Notes: a model not told the origin generated them from the sequence alone. Shown: positions 38,239 through 52,848, numbered from the stretch's first letter. The stretch: DNA of 64,000 nt from Microbotryum violaceum (GCA_001244265.2 CDLV01000008.1:868001-932000); one strand, 5' to 3'. Made by a program: numbers and translations.

Positions 38239-39151
38239 ATGGCACCTACTTACGGAGCAGATCGGTACGTCCTCATCCCCTCAAGCTCCATGATGGCGAA
38301 TAGGGCCTGAGCTCCACATGAGCGTATGCTGCCAATCCTTTCTTTCGGGTGCATCCGGTGTGTTAGCTTTCAACGTGAGATCAAGCTCAAGACGAGATCC
38401 AAAGGGTGAGTAATCCCAGAAAAAACCTTCCACGCGACCTACCCCTTTTGGTCGCCACTTCACAGACTGTCGGACCCCACTGCACTCGGACTAGTAGCAC
38501 GATGATGACGTCGTCACTCGTGCGTACCGTTCTTTTCACCCATAGCTGCCACCTCGTCACGAACGAAATCATGGCACAAATCGAAGAAGGCGTCAAGAAT
38601 ACCAAAGTGAGTATCATATCTCCGCAACAAAGTTTTGCATCCCCTTGCCATTCGAAGCTCCGGCAAACCCGTCCCTCAATTCCTGGCACAGGTCGGCATC
38701 CTCCACCTCTTCCTGCAACACACTTCCGCCGCGCTTTCCTTGAACGAGAATGCAAGTCAATCTACTAAACTCAAACAACCCAGATATCCCAGAAACTAAA
38801 CACCTGCTGACCCTCTTCCCCGTAGTGCGACCCCGACGTGCGAACGGACATGGACATGTGTCTCGACAAGATCGTGCCCGAATCTCTGCCCTGGGACCAC
38901 GTCGATGAAGGACCGGACGATTCCGTCTCCCATTCGAAATCCTCCCTCATAGGTGCGAGCGTACAGATCCCGATCATGAATGGGAGACTGGCGTTAGGGA
39001 CGTGGCAGGTCAGTTATGAGAGTGTTTCTGAAAAGGGTGGTGGGCCGGCGAAGAGCTGATCGGGAAATTTTGTGTACGCTTTCAGGGCATCTACTTACTC
39101 GAGTTTAGGAAGTTGCCTCATTCGAGGAGGATCGTCGCGACCGTTCTTTGA
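38239..39151 (+). CDS. YjbQ/UPF0047 family protein
   Basis: [50 protein letters not shown]. Confidence 0.9.
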
Positions 39152-39692
39152 GGCCCCCTTTTTTTTTGAATCTCCAGCACCGTACATGATCATGAGCACC
39201 TAAAATTGACAATCATCTAAATCCCTTCTTCTGTGAGGGTTCAGAGGCCCACAGCAAACGTAAAGCTGCTCGGTGTTAGTCTCGGTCTTCCTCACTGCAT
39301 CTCACTCAAATCGAAGCAAGCACCAGTGTCATGAACGAAAGAAGGGAACCATTGGGGTAACTGCTAGGCGAGAATCATGAAAAGAAAATGAAGAAACGAC
39401 GAGTAGAAGAGTCAGAGTTGCAATTTGCGACGGAAACGGGAAAATTGGGACTGAAAAAGAACGATACAGGTTCAGGACGAAGAGAAGAAAAAGAAAAGAA
39501 CAGCAAAAAGAAGGAAATGTATGCGAATGGAACAGACGACTTTTGAGAAACGAAAACCACCCGATGACGCTTTTGAGAGAAGAAACCCTTAAACCCGAGA
39601 AGACGAAGGCTAGAAAGGTGGTAGATGAGAGTAAGTCGGTTATTGATACAATCTGAAAGACGGAGATGATATGGAGATGGAGGAGGTTTGAT

Positions 39693-42600
39693 CTAGCAGA
39701 GGAACCTCTCGTTGAGAGAAGCAACCGAGGAGCACAAATACGACCATGCGACCCGGTTCGAGCGTTTCAGGCCGGCACGACCGAGATGTTGATCGCTATC
39801 ATCGTCGGGCGCGATCTCGCGACGAGCGATGCGTCCATCCTTGTCCGCGAGTAGGTCGGCCTCAAAGGTGTGCAACGTCGCGAAGAAGGGCAAGTTGGGT
39901 TGAATGAGGATGTTGAGTCGACGCGAGCGCGTGAGCAAGTACGCCGAAGCGAGATCGAGCTCGATGTGCTTCATGAGATAAGCGATGACGATCGACGCGC
40001 TGCGCGAGACGCCGACGCGGCAATGGACCAAGACCTTGCCGCCGGTCCAACGCGCTTGGTCAATGAACTCGAGTGCTTGGTCAATGTAAGGACGGATCGA
40101 ATCGATGCCGTCATCGGCGACGTTCTTCATGTCCAGCACGCTGATGTTGCCGAGTCTTTCTTCGAGCCACAGCGAATTCGTGTGCGTCTCGTTGGAACCG
40201 GCGGCTCCAACTGGTGGCGGACGAGGGGGCGTGAGCGCCGATTCGCCCATCGAGACTACGTGGGTGATACCGAGTTCTTTGAGCATCAAGGCGTTATTGG
40301 CATGGTTCAGGTTGCCAAGGTACTGCGGAAGTGACGAGAGGGGTCAGCTTCAAGTCTCAGGACACGGAGATCGCTGCGCGCGCTCTAGGCTGTGTACTCA
40401 CAAGGAAAGGCAGAATCCGGCTAGGAAAGTGGCCATCGAACATTGGGGCGTAGAACCACGGGCTGTTCGAGGCGTTCGAAGGCCGAGGCTTGGAAGAGAA
40501 CCATTGCTGTGCCAGTTCGGCGTCGGGTGAAGGGGACCGAGGTCTCATTTCGGCGTCGTCACAACTGTTACTGCTGCTGGAAGAGAGCGCTCCTCGCACG
40601 GCCTGCACGAATTTGGAGGTCTTGGTTGGTGTGCTCGAGTTGGAGACGTAGCCCGAGTCACTGCGCTCCATGCCGGTGCTGGTGGGCTCCTCTCCAACGC
40701 CATTGATCGACGATACCGAAGAGGACCTTGACGGCGCCATGGGAGAGGCCGTCAATTGCCACGACATACTCTTGCGCGTCGCAAGCCACTCCTGCTCCTC
40801 TCGGCACAAAACATCGATGACGCGGCGCTCGATCATCGGCAAGAGCTGGTAGTCCTGGGGATAGATGTAGAAGCTGCGCTGGGCCGACTCTTGGAGGTAA
40901 AGGTAAGCCTCGGCGGCGTTGCGACCCCCACCGGCGACCATGACGTAGGTCACTGCCAGAAGCGAGCTTTCGGTGTAGCCATCGCCGCAGTGCAGCAAAA
41001 TCCTTCGAGGCAAGCGCGACGTGTCATCGGGGCAAGCTTGGCGGCGCATCCAAACCGCGAGCTCCACGAGCGCGTTGACAAATTGCGTCTGCGCTCGCTT
41101 CGTTGTGTGGCTGGACGAGTTGGGCGCGACGCAGTTGGTGCTCGTTGAGGGGCATTCCAAGTGCACGAGGTCGTGAACGTGGGGTCGGAGGATCTTGACG
41201 CGCTCCTCACCGAGTTGAGAAGCCGTTGTATCGATCTCGTCGTCGAGCAACTGGCGGACCTCTTCGTAGGCCTGACCCTGCGCTTCGAGATCGTTGAGAT
41301 TGCGGTCCGCGTCGCGCAAGATTGCGGCGGAGACGTTGGCGGCTTGGTCGTGCGCTTCGATACAAATCGAGAAGGAGAGTGGGTTGCCGTCGTCAAGCAA
41401 AGATGAGCTCGAGTCGTTCGATAAGGCCTGGGCGTACGGTGCTTGGGGAACATCCTGAGCATTGCCGAGCCAGATGTTGTGCAAAATCTCGCTCGCCTGG
41501 GTGAGGACGCGCATCTCCTCTCGCTCGCGCTCGAAGAAGTTGAGCTTGTTCCTCACAAAGCCGTTCGAGTCGATGCCGACGATTGTCGGGTAACGTTGCT
41601 CAAATGTGACGAAGGGATCGACAATGATGTAGACGTTGTACTGAATCGCACCGGCGGCGTCCCCGCCTCGACGACGACGTTCACGCTCCTGAGCCTCGGC
41701 GACTCGCGCCGCCGCATCGATGACGTGGGACTCGGCGCCATTCTCTCCATAGACGACGATATCACTGATGGTCGCGTACTTGGCCGCTTGCAGCGCAAAA
41801 TGGCGCAGGTTGACGGTCTGGAAAGTTTCCGGTGCGGGCAGAGCGAACGAGTTTGTCGATGCAGAGATAATCGAAGATAGGGGCAAGGAAGAGACGAGGC
41901 GGCAGGTGGGCGTTGCAGAGTGGAGCGAGGGCGAAGGAGAGGCCGATGCCGAGGACGAGGACGAGTCTTCGCTCGAGGTAGAGGAGACCGAGGATGAAGA
42001 CGAGTGCGTCGACGAGTTGGTGGACCACGAGGCGAAAGAAGAAATGAGCCCTCGTCGGCGAGAAGGTACTGAAGTCGAGCACGGCGTCACTGGCGGGGGG
42101 CAGTGGACGGTCGTCAATCCGCGGTAGCTATCCGGAGGCGAAGAGGAAAAATGCGAAATCAGCGAGTGGACCACAAGGTCTGGGCGAACAGGATCATGGG
42201 TTGGATCTATCCGATGCTACAGCTGCGAGAGTCTGGTGGTGACAGTCATGGGGCATGCGTCGCGCGTCGGTCCCCTTTCATCAAATTGGAGGCGAAGGCG
42301 CCGCGACTCAGGCACGGCGCGTCGGACAAGTCGAACGATTTAACGCCGGCGAGTTACGCGCAGCGAGCGCGGGTAGGAGGGACGCGCGCGCAACCGCCGG
42401 CGTCGGCGACGACGACGGACCACAAAGCACCTCGAAAGGGAAAAGCCATGTCGAGAAGAAAACTTCAAGTGCTCCGAGCGAACGAAATCAAAGAGAGAAG
42501 GGACTGACCTGGGTGCTCGAGCGGCGGTGCCCTTGGCGAAGCCAAAATACTGACTCGCTGCCGAGTGGGGGATATCAGCGCTGCCGTGCGACCAAGGGAA

Positions 42601-43044
42601 CAGCACGTCCTCGGGCAGACGTTGCTTCGAGTAGGTCGCTTGCAGGCGTGCATAATCATCAGCAGTGAGGACTCGGATTGGAGGGACGTTGTTGCGAGTC
42701 GACAGAAGGGGAAAGTGGGTAGCATCGATTTGTAGGCCATGGCGAGGGGTGACGACGGGTGCGACGTTGGCACCGCCGGTAGAGTTGGACGACGACGACG
42801 AAGACGACTTTGCGGCGCGCAGCGATGAGTGTCGGATCGGCGACGAGGCAGGTCGAGTAGTCATCTTGACGTTTGAAGGGGGATGAGCACTCTTGGTCGG
42901 GGCGTTCGTGCCGTTCTCAATCAGGGTCTCGATATGAGGGAAGAGCGGGGTGGCCAGGATCGCGTCGCGCTCCTCTTGAGCCGCAGCCGCAGCGTGACCA
43001 GGCTTGGACCTCTGTGCGACCGGGTGCAACTTGACTTCGACCAT
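39693..43044 (-). CDS. PPS1: Dual-specificity protein phosphatase, Pps1-like
   Basis: LFPWSHG, degenerate HCGDGYTESS domain, GHFPSRILPFLYLGNL and catalytic VHCRVGVSRS. Confidence 0.82.
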
Positions 43045-44052
43045 ACTAGCTGATGGGGGAAGAGGACGGATGAACGGATCGAAAAGTTGGTCGGTGAGAG
43101 AGATCAAGTCCGAGATGAGACCCGGGGGTGAACCGGGGAAGGGGAGGTGGAGACGCGGAAGAAAAGAGAGCGTGAAAGCGCAGAGGAGACCTTTCAACGA
43201 GCACGAACCGCCGCTCAACTGACGCGAGGCTGCCACACCGGGCGCGTGTCGCAGGCTTTTTGGCCGAGGCCCGAGAGCACGGTTCGTCTTCCTGCGCCAC
43301 TAAAATGCGCTTTTAAAATACACCGCTTGGCTGATGGCATGATGGCATGCTAGCACGGACTTACTCAAAATTCAACCACATACCTCTCTAGTCCACCACC
43401 ACCAACATGATAAGACTCTTGTATTTTGTGACGATCTTCACTTCCAAAGTCGACGAGCTCGGTGATTTTGTAATCTCGCCAAGACGACCCCTGAAAAAAC
43501 AGAGGTCATGTTCCCCGCCTGCTTGTCTCACAATGCTTCTCCTATTTGTCTCGTATATCCTACACCAACAGCTTCATCATCACACTCTCTTCGACCTACC
43601 CTGGCAACCTCTTGTAATCCTCTGACTCCCACAAAGAAAGTGTCTCACATTGCCAGTGACCGTGATCGTCACGTCGAGCCAGCTCGCGCAACCCCACACA
43701 GAGCAGGATCTGGCGTCTGACGCGTCCATAAGTGATCGGACGCGCTCGTCGTCGCGTGTCTCACAAAAGCTTTTTAGGCTCAATCAACCAATGCAACGGT
43801 CCTTCGCGGAACCTGTCGGGGCCGTGGTACCCGGTCGGTCGATGTGACATCGAGAATCTCAAACTGCCAAGATTGCCCAGTAGTGCCCGCCACACCCTCT
43901 GCCCCGATATGTTTGATCGACAACGGTGACGCCGCCCGCAAAGAAGTAAATCACGTGCACAGACTTTCTTCACTTCACGACGCCACTGAGCGCGATCGCG
44001 ATAAGAGTCATCTCACTACAATCGCAGTGACACAAGAGCTAGCGCCCATCCC

Positions 44053-47000
44053 TCAAGGATGCTTCCCTTGATTCTGATACATCTCCGCGAGCTGCTCGGT
44101 CGTCGTGGCCTGTTCGATCGATTTGTCCTCGCGTACCTTGATGAACCGTGGGAAGCGCACCGACACTCCTGAGAGGCGGTAGATCGAATGCGCGTTAGCC
44201 TGCCTCGCCGGAGCACGAGTGTCCTCAAGCTCTGATCATATGTCAAAGAGCCTTACCTCGTTCACCCAGGATGTGTTGAGCAGCGGGGTAGACCGGTGAT
44301 AGGGTGAAACTGCGCAGGAAAAAAAAAAGGGTCAGTAACGCTGCTACGCCACCGAGCACTTCCATCCTCCACCTCAAGGTACTCACTCGGCCCCTCGCAT
44401 CTCCCATACTTCATTGGGTTTGAACCAAATAGAAGGGCGCAAACCAGCGGCCTCTATCTCGGAAGGTTTCGAGCGGCTCGTGAAGTCCCCGTCCGGTGCA
44501 TACTTGACGTTTAGACCTAGTAGGAGAATCCCAATTAGTCCCTTCAGTAGCCATCTTATCGCGCGCGAGATAAGGCCTGATGCGAATGCTCACCTTTATA
44601 AAAGTCATCTGTGAACCCCGACATGCATTTACACACAGCTTGGATCTGCCCCGACTCGGAATCATACACACCAAGGAGGATCGGACTCCACCACTGCGCT
44701 TTCCGGCCGTTGCCATGCCAAGCGCCTATGGGTATGAGGTCAAGCGAATCCCCCAGGTCATTCAAGTAGTCCTTCTTGACCTTGAGCCATGAATCGGCTC
44801 GCTTGTCGGGCTCGTAAGTCGCAGGTAGAATCTTTCGTCGACGACCTTGGTCTTTGACCGGCGAGTGGGTAGAGCTCGCTTTGGTTGTCGATAGTGGAGT
44901 CGAGGGCGGCGGTGAGTCGAGCTCACTCTTCTCTCTAGCTTCTCCTTCATCCGAATAGTCCCCAAGATCTGGGTCCACTTCATTTTCCGGGTCTTCTTCC
45001 AGCTCGGCTTCGTCCAACAGCTGCAGTGTAGGAGAGCGATCAGCAGGCCTGCGTACCCTCATCAAACCGGCCAAGGCCTACCTTGATCATTATACCTTCG
45101 GCCCTCATTTTCAACGCTTCTTGGAAGAAAGCTTGGACTTTGACGTTGTCGTTGTCCATACAGGAGGGGACGAGCTCCCACTTGGCGTAACGTGGATCGG
45201 TGGGCCGAAGCGGGGAGAAGCGCTCGTACAGGAGATGGCGACGTTGGCGGAACGACTTATTGAGGAGGGACTGTGGGTTCGATCAAGGTGTCCGCATGAG
45301 ATCAGGAGGACGCTTCACGTGACCTCGATTCGACCCACTTCTCCATTGAGAAACATCAAGTCGAAGCCTAAGAAATGGTTGAAGGCAAGTCAGCGCTCAT
45401 TTCGTTCAAAGGTCCTTAAACTCGTGAGCTCGGATACGCACCAAAGATACCGACCCGGACCTTGATGTCGCCCATCTGCACGTCCTTTTTGGATCGATAT
45501 GAAAGTGCCTGGAACGTCTTGAACTCTGAAGTCTGTGGATCAATAGCGACAATCTCACAATCGAGAATGAAATTCTCCAGAGGAAGTCCACGCGCCGTCT
45601 CTCGGTAGACGAGCGAAGCAAGCGTTGGAGCGATGTCGGGGTACTTGTCGCTCATGTCCTCAAGATGACGACTGAAGCATCGAATCCAGATGCGCGTCTG
45701 GTCCGCGTTAGCTTCGGGTGGATCGTACCATTTTCCTCGACTGTTGTCACTCAGCCCGCTTGGTTCGACCGTAGAGACGTGGATCTGACCACGCTGCCCA
45801 TCGAGTTTGGCTTCGCTGACGAACGGTCGCGATCCCAATCGGCTGTAGATCTCGGACAGGCCGCGGGTGATGGACCCGAGCATCGGTTCCAGAGGCGTTC
45901 CAACGGCTATGGGAACGCGTAGTTCTAGCAGTGCAATACCATGATCGAGCAACGCCGCCACAACATGCCCATAATCGGGATGCCTCGCCCACACCTTCCT
46001 CACGATGGCCTCGGCTCGATCGAGTCGTTCCTCCAGCAAGCGCTCCTTGTCGCCCTTGATCTTTTCTTTCGTCTTGCCCGATCCTTTCTTCGCATCGACC
46101 TCATCTGTCACGTCTTGGCGCTCTCTCTTGAAGATGTAGAAATCGTCCGATACTGATGGTTCCCCCCCTTTGCGCGAAAGACAAAACGCCTTGGCGAGCG
46201 CAGTGATGATGGTCAACCGCACGGCGCCGATCCTCAAGTTGCCGACGAGTGTTCGGATGAGGTATCGCACTTCTTCGCCCTGGGCCGAGACGAGAAGTCT
46301 CTTCACGATCGAAGTCTTCCTCTCGAGCGATCCGGATCCTTTCAGCCGAGCGATAATGTGGAGCTGCGCAAACAACGAATGACAGACCAGTGGTGGAGGC
46401 GGGACGAGTAGTCGGACCGATTTTTTCATTTCGTATGCCACATCGCCTGTTCGCGAAACATGACTTATCAGATTCAAAGGCAAGGCATGGGTGAGGAGCT
46501 CTCCTTTAAGTCACCAGGATCTCCGAGCTTGTTGAGCTGTCGTAAAGCTTGAGGAGTCAAGCCCGACACCTCCTTGAACGCCTTGCTAAGCACCTGGGGG
46601 CCGACCCCCAGCTCCAGATCACGCTCATGGGCGGGTCCAATTCGATTTGAGCACAGGTAGACGACATTCTCGAGCGACTCTGGGTCGAGCTCGATGGCGA
46701 CCCGGAACAGATTGGTCAAGACGCGGGAGATGAAGAGGCGAGATTTGGTGGTCGAGATAAGAGCGAACGCGGCGGCCAAGTACGAGTAGGGCATCCTGCC
46801 CGCGGGCCAGGATGATGTGTCGACATGAGAGGAGGGTTCAAACGTAAAAAGGGAGGTGTCGAGTGGGAGAAGTGCGCCGGTCGACCCGGTGGAAGCTCCT
46901 AACAGGGTCTTTGACGACGAGGCTAAAGCTTTGCCGGGCGACGCAAGAAACGACAACGCGTCCGGTTTGGAGGTCAATGAAGTGACTGAGTTTTTATCTT

Positions 47001-47628
47001 CATCTTTGACTTTGCCCAGGGCCACGGCTGACTTTTTGGTCGGCGATTGGAAGACAGGCGCGAGCGGGGTCGAGAGTGACTTCGCAGACATGTTAGAGGT
47101 TGAGGCTGGCGCATACCCAGTGATGACGATGTCGTCGTCGTCCTCTCCTTCTTCGCCATCATCGTCGTCTTCGTCAACCAAACTGATCGTTTCGGTCTCG
47201 CTCTTGGCCGAGACGGTCCTCTGACGAGGCAGGCGCGACGATGACGGTTCCCCGGCCGTGCTCAATGTGGAGCTCACTCCACTGGTGTCGCCCATCCGAG
47301 TGGCGTTGCCGACACCAGCTGCTGCTGCTGCTGCTGCTCTGAAAGCCTTGCCAAAGTGGCGCTCATGGAACTTGACGGTATCCAATGAAGTGCCTTCACT
47401 CCGCGCCAGCTTCCTCGCGAGCTCTGCATCGGCTTGCTCCTGCTGAACCCGTCGCTGCCGTTCGAGATCGAGCGTGACGTCGTCATTGTCGTCATCGTTG
47501 TCGACGTCGTCGGATGCCAGGTCCAGGGACAGAGGTGCAGCCACACAAGGAGAAGGGGTGCCGAACTTGAGCTTCTTCTGTATCGGTGCAGCGCCCGTCG
47601 TGGCACCGCTATCCGTACACTTGGGCAT
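44053..47628 (-). CDS. ATP-dependent DNA ligase, LIG1/Cdc9 family (probably the second paralog)
   Basis: [12 protein letters not shown] (KxDG), [32 protein letters not shown] and LRFPRF. Confidence 0.88.
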
Positions 47629-47867
47629 CGAGACAGTCGATGGTCGGAAAGAAATATGAAGCCAACGCTCGATCGCGTGAAGTCAAAATGGCCGCTCGGG
47701 CGATCGGCGCCTCCGCCTTACCGGCTGGCTGACGGGGACTTGGGTGGTCCGTGCGAGCTCATCGGGACGGCAGGCCAGGCGGGAGCATCTTCCCCCTCAT
47801 CTCCGCCAGTGCCCATCTCGCTTCATCGAGCACCTCGGAAACAACACCCGCCCGACCTACTCTGACC

Positions 47868-49832
47868 ATGGCACCGGCAACGATTCAAGAATTGACCAAG
47901 CTGCTCGCTGACGACACCAAGGTGCAGGTGTGCGCCGTCGACGCGGACGGCGTGTTGAGGGGCAAGATCATGGCCAAGGACAAGTTCCTCTCCGCCGCGG
48001 TCGATGGTTTCGGTTTCTGCTCCGTCGTCATGGGCTGGGACATGCATGACCAGGCCTACGCCAAGGAGCTCAAGATCTCCAACCTCGCCAACGGGTACCG
48101 CGATCTGATCGCTCGCATCGACCTCGACACTTATCGCCGTACCCCGACCACGCCTTCGTTGCCCTTCTTCCTCGTTACCTTCATCGAACCGACCACGAAT
48201 GAGACCCTTTGTGCGTGCCCTCGAGGCCTGTTGCAACGCATCAACGATCAGATTGAAGCCGAGGGCTATTCCGCCTATGCCGGTGCAGAGGTCGGTCATC
48301 CCTCGTCATCTGCGGTCGGTCGGTCGGTCACGAGACCGGCGCCGTTATCGTCCCACGAACGAGTTTCAAAACTGACCGATAGCAAACCTGCTCGGCTCGT
48401 CCGCAACTGTTTCTTGCATCGATCTCAACCCCTGCCAGTACGAGTACTTCCAATTCAGAGAAACACCCGTAGTAAGTAGACCAAACCGGATCTTACCAGA
48501 TTTTTGAACTGTCCCCATCGCTGACGTCCCACCCACCTTCACCCCACGTCCCTCATCCCTTTCCCCCACGCGCGCGCAGTCGGTCGCAGCAAAGGACTTC
48601 AAGAACCTCGAACCCCTGACCTGCGGCATGCATGGCTACTCGATGCTCCGCCCCGAACTCAACAGCGAGTACTTCCATGACATCTGGGACAACTGCGCCA
48701 AGTTTGGCATTCCCATCGAAGGTGAACTTCCTCAGGGCTGCTGTTGATGGTTTTGGCGAATTCTTCTCACTGATGTCCACTATAACTACTCAAAGGGCAC
48801 CACACCGAGACAGGTAGGTGCCGCTACAGCGCAGATTGGTCCAGAAAAGAATACGAATATTGAGACTTTTCATCTTAAAGGTCCCGGTGTATTCGAGTCG
48901 GCCTTGGCGTACCAACCTGCGCTGCGCATGGCCGACAACGCGACTCTCTTCAAATGGGTTGCCAAGACGACCGGTCTCAAGTACGGCATCATGCCCACCT
49001 TCATGGCCAAGCCGTACGCTGACCAACCGGGATGCTCCGGTCATGTCCACATCTCGTTGCGTGACAAGTCGGGCAAGAACGTCTTTGCTGTCGAAGAGAG
49101 CGAGCTCAAGGACGGGAGGGCGGATGCCAAGTTTGAGGATACGAAGCGTATCAGCAAGACGGCTGAGCATTTCTTGGCCGGCGTGCTTTTGGGTTTACCC
49201 GATATTGTGAGTCGAGTGCTCCAAGGGTTATAAAGGAGGAAAGACACCCGCTAAAATACTGGTCTCTCCGCCCATAGATGCCCCTCCTCGTCCCAACCGT
49301 GAACGGCTACAAGCGCCTCGTCGAATCCTTCTGGGCCCCTACGCGCGTCATGTACGCCTACGAGAACCGCATCGCCTCCGTGCGCATCATTTCCCCTCCT
49401 CTCGCTTCCCCTTCGGCAACGCGTCTCGAGATCCGCGTCCCAGGAGCGGATATGAACCCTCACTTGACCTTCTCCGCCATCCTTGCGCTAGGTCTGCACG
49501 GTATCAGGGAGAAACTCGAATTGAGGATTCCTCCCATCAATACGAGTAAAGGTGGGGCAGCGTCGATTCAGAGCTTCGCGAGGTTGCCGAGCAGTTTGGC
49601 GAGTGCGACGGAGAATATGAAGGCGACGGATTCGATGGCGAGGAAGGTGTTGGGGGATGACTTTGTGGACCATTTTGCTGGGACGAGGGTGAGTTGGTCT
49701 TGAATTAAACGGCTGTTGTGATAAGAGCTCTACTGACCCATATCTGAGTTGTCCTTGTAGGAAAACGAGACGGATCTGTTCAACGCCACTGTGACGGATT
49801 GGGAGCTGAAGCGCTACTTCGAGTTGGCTTAG
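47868..49832 (+). CDS. Glutamine synthetase-like (gamma-glutamylamide synthetase type) protein
   Basis: DADGVLRGK, GWDMHD, HTETGPGVFE, PTFMAKP, GCSGHVHISL, YENRIASVR and RLEIRVPGAD. Confidence 0.88.
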
Positions 49833-50001
49833 TTCTCTTCGTGTAACCTTATCACCGATGGCGCTTAAATACCATGTGCGCAAAAATCGATTTCCTTGAA
49901 GGACAAAAAGCTGTATTACATCACTCTCCGAGAAGAATTCAATGCCCCCCCCCCCATGATCACGGAAACCACATTCCATCACCGTGTATGACCCAAACCG
50001 C

Positions 50002-51757
50002 TCAGTAGTCACCAATCATCATCTTGATGATCATTTTGCCATCTGAATGGAAAATTAACCAGGTGTGGTGTCAGCGTCACCACCCCGTAGAACTACTCTT
50101 AACCACGGTCCCCAGACTAACCCTTATCAACGCCATTGATGAGTTCCTCGAACGCCTGATTCACAGCGCTCAACTTGTGTCTTGTCGTCACAAGCTTCTC
50201 CACACCGGGTAACCGACCCGCACCGAACAACGCAAGCGCATCGGGGTAAGTATTGACGTAACGGAAGACGCCGAGGAGATCGACTTCTCGGAAGGCGGCG
50301 GCGGAAACGGGGAGGGTCGCGTTGGGGGTTCCCATGCCGATGTAGACGACTTTGCCTCCCGGTCGGGCAGCCTGGAACGGTCGAAATAATGTCAATGGTC
50401 AGCGCTGCGCTTTTCATGAATCACGACTTGCTAGATTCTCACGTGAACGGCGGCTTGCATGCACGTCTCGACACCGGTGCATTCGAGCACAACATCGAAT
50501 CCATCCGAATCAGGGACCGAGTACTTTGCCAACACATCATCAGCCATCGTCTTGGCTTGTTCCAAAGACTGCGTCGAGTTTTCCGGTCGAGCCGTTCGAG
50601 GCAAAATGTGACCGGCGTTAGCGAATCCTTCTTGAACGGAGAAGTTAACGCGGGCTTCGTTGATGTCGACGACGACAAGGTGGGTCGCACCGTGGGCCTT
50701 TGCGACGGCGAGAGCAAGGATACCGACGGCTCCAGCACCGAGGACGAGAACGCTCTGGCCGGCGGAGATGTTGGCCCTTCGGGAGGCGTGAAGAACCACT
50801 GAAAGAGGCTCAACCAAGGCAGCGGCCTCGTAAGAGCACGCGTCGGGGAGCTTGTGGAGGTTCCTCGCGGGATGGTTGAGAAAAGTCTGAAGGGATCCGT
50901 CGGCGTGAGGGTAGACCTTAGCGGAAGAATTAAAGCGCACTTTGGAGAGAAGATATGCGGACGAAGTCAGCTCGGTCTTCGATATTCAGTGCACATGTTT
51001 AGTCACAAGACTCACTCCTACCGCAGAGGTTGTATCGTCCACTCTTGCAAAGCCTGCATTGACCGCAGTAAACACCGGCCTCGATCGCCACTCGGTCACC
51101 GACAGCCACCGACGTTACGCCCTCACCGACAGCGGTCTAAAAGGAGTTTGGACAGGATTCAAGAACTGTAAATAATCCTTCTAAGTCTCTTACTGTCGCG
51201 AAAATCTGAAACCAACTTACGACGACACCAGCAGACTCGTGACCGAGCGCCATGGGGTGACTGGATGAGTTGATCAGGCCGTCGAACCGTGTCAGCGAAA
51301 GTCCGAAACGTGGGGGGGCTTGGAAGGCTCTGCCGAAGGTAGTTCCAGTGACGCACCGAAGCTTGAAGTCACCGACGGCACCATGAATGTAGTAGTGCAT
51401 ATCTGTACAAGAGTGCAGAGAAAGGACCCGATGAGAGCGCCAAGAATTGAGGCTCAGCTTCCGGGCGAGATCCTCAACCACATTTGAACCATTGCCCTAG
51501 CCATCTATGCTGACCTGATCCACAGAGACCGGTGGCCTTGACGGCGACCTGTGCTTCTCCAGCAACGGGCGCAACGACCTCACGCTTGGTCTGTTAGACA
51601 ACGATATGCGGAGTGAGCGCTTCGGTTCCGGAAGTGGCCCCTCGGCGACGTGGGGCAGATCGACCGGGCGAAAGCAGTCGAACGAGACCAAACGTACAAG
51701 GCGCAGATCCTTAGGGCCATGCAAGACAGCAGCGTAATTGACTGGTGCGGAAGACAT
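50002..51757 (-). CDS. Zn-dependent polyol dehydrogenase (sorbitol/xylitol dehydrogenase family)
   Basis: GLCGS|DMHYY, LGHESAG, EPLSV, GAGAVG, ECTGVE and GVFRY. Confidence 0.9.
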
Positions 51758-52018
51758 GGCTGACTTCGTATGGATTCGCGAAGCGGTGATATGGTGGGAA
51801 AGGGCAGGAGAGCGAGAGCGAGAGCGACGAGAGGTCCGGCGCGCGGGGGTGGTGCATTAAGTTCCGCGAGGTGGAAAAGCGGGCCGCTTTTGCCGCCGCG
51901 GGGTGAGACATCACGTGACTCTCAGCTACCGGCGGATTCGGAGTGGGAGTCGAGTGCGTTGCGCCGGGGATTCGCAGAATGGTTTACAACACGTGGTCTA
52001 GAATACAAGTAAAGCCGA

Positions 52019-52848
52019 TCATTCAAATCGGGCGCCTCGCATCAAAATCAACTCGGTCCCATTCTGCACCAACTGCGAGAGCCTTTCCGATGTCGGCAGA
52101 CACGTGTCATCGTTTATCGAGCTGGCCAGCGTGAGCCGCTTCTTGCCATCGGTCGTAGTATTGTTGAAATTCGCCACATCGAAAATCCGTGCCATTTGAT
52201 CGATTGCTTTGCCGCCGGTGCTTTCCTTGCCCAGCCAGACTTCCTTAGTCGATGCGACTGTTCGCTCCTCGCCTTCGCAGAACCGCACGGTGAGGTAGAG
52301 CCTATCCTCCATCTTGAGTCGCTTGGCGGTGGCATCGATGGGCTGAGCCCGTTGCTTAAGTTTCATCAGTGCGATGACAGGTGATAAGGGCTTGGTATGT
52401 GCCGACTTGACAGCAGCTGGTAACTTCGTCGGTGGCGCCGTTAACATGGAGGAGACCTGACGAAGCGCACAGCCACGAATAATCAGTAGTCCATCGGGTG
52501 TCTCTTTCAATCATCGCTCGAGGGTTGAATGTGACTCGCCCCAAAGTTGCGCTCAATTGTCTCCTTAGCTAGTGTCGACCGGGCGTGTTGGTCTTGCTTC
52601 ATCTGATCGCGTTCAAACGCGTGACGTTGCGGAGCCGGCAGAAGATCCTCAAACTTGTCCGCGAAACGTTTTCCGTCCTGCACGTTGTCCGTAGTTGCCC
52701 TGGCGATGTCTGAGCACCCATGCTGGGCAGGTGGGGCATGCGGCCCGCAGAAGACGAGGGTGCAGCCTGCGCACCGGATAGGGAGGAGGTCGAGCGTGCG
52801 ACATGCCTCGAGGGAGCAATGCACTTCGATGGCGTATGAGTCGGGCAT
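52019..52848 (-). CDS. AN1-type zinc finger protein (ZFAND1/Cuz1-like) with C-terminal ubiquitin-like region
   Basis: HCSLEACRTLDLLPIRCAGCTLVFCGPH...HGC; IALMKLKQRA...EDRLYL; GKAIDQMA. Confidence 0.8.

Noticed and set aside
39329..39690. Phe/Ser-rich ORFs and purine-rich tract
   Set aside because: Low-complexity 3' region between convergent genes; no recognisable protein.
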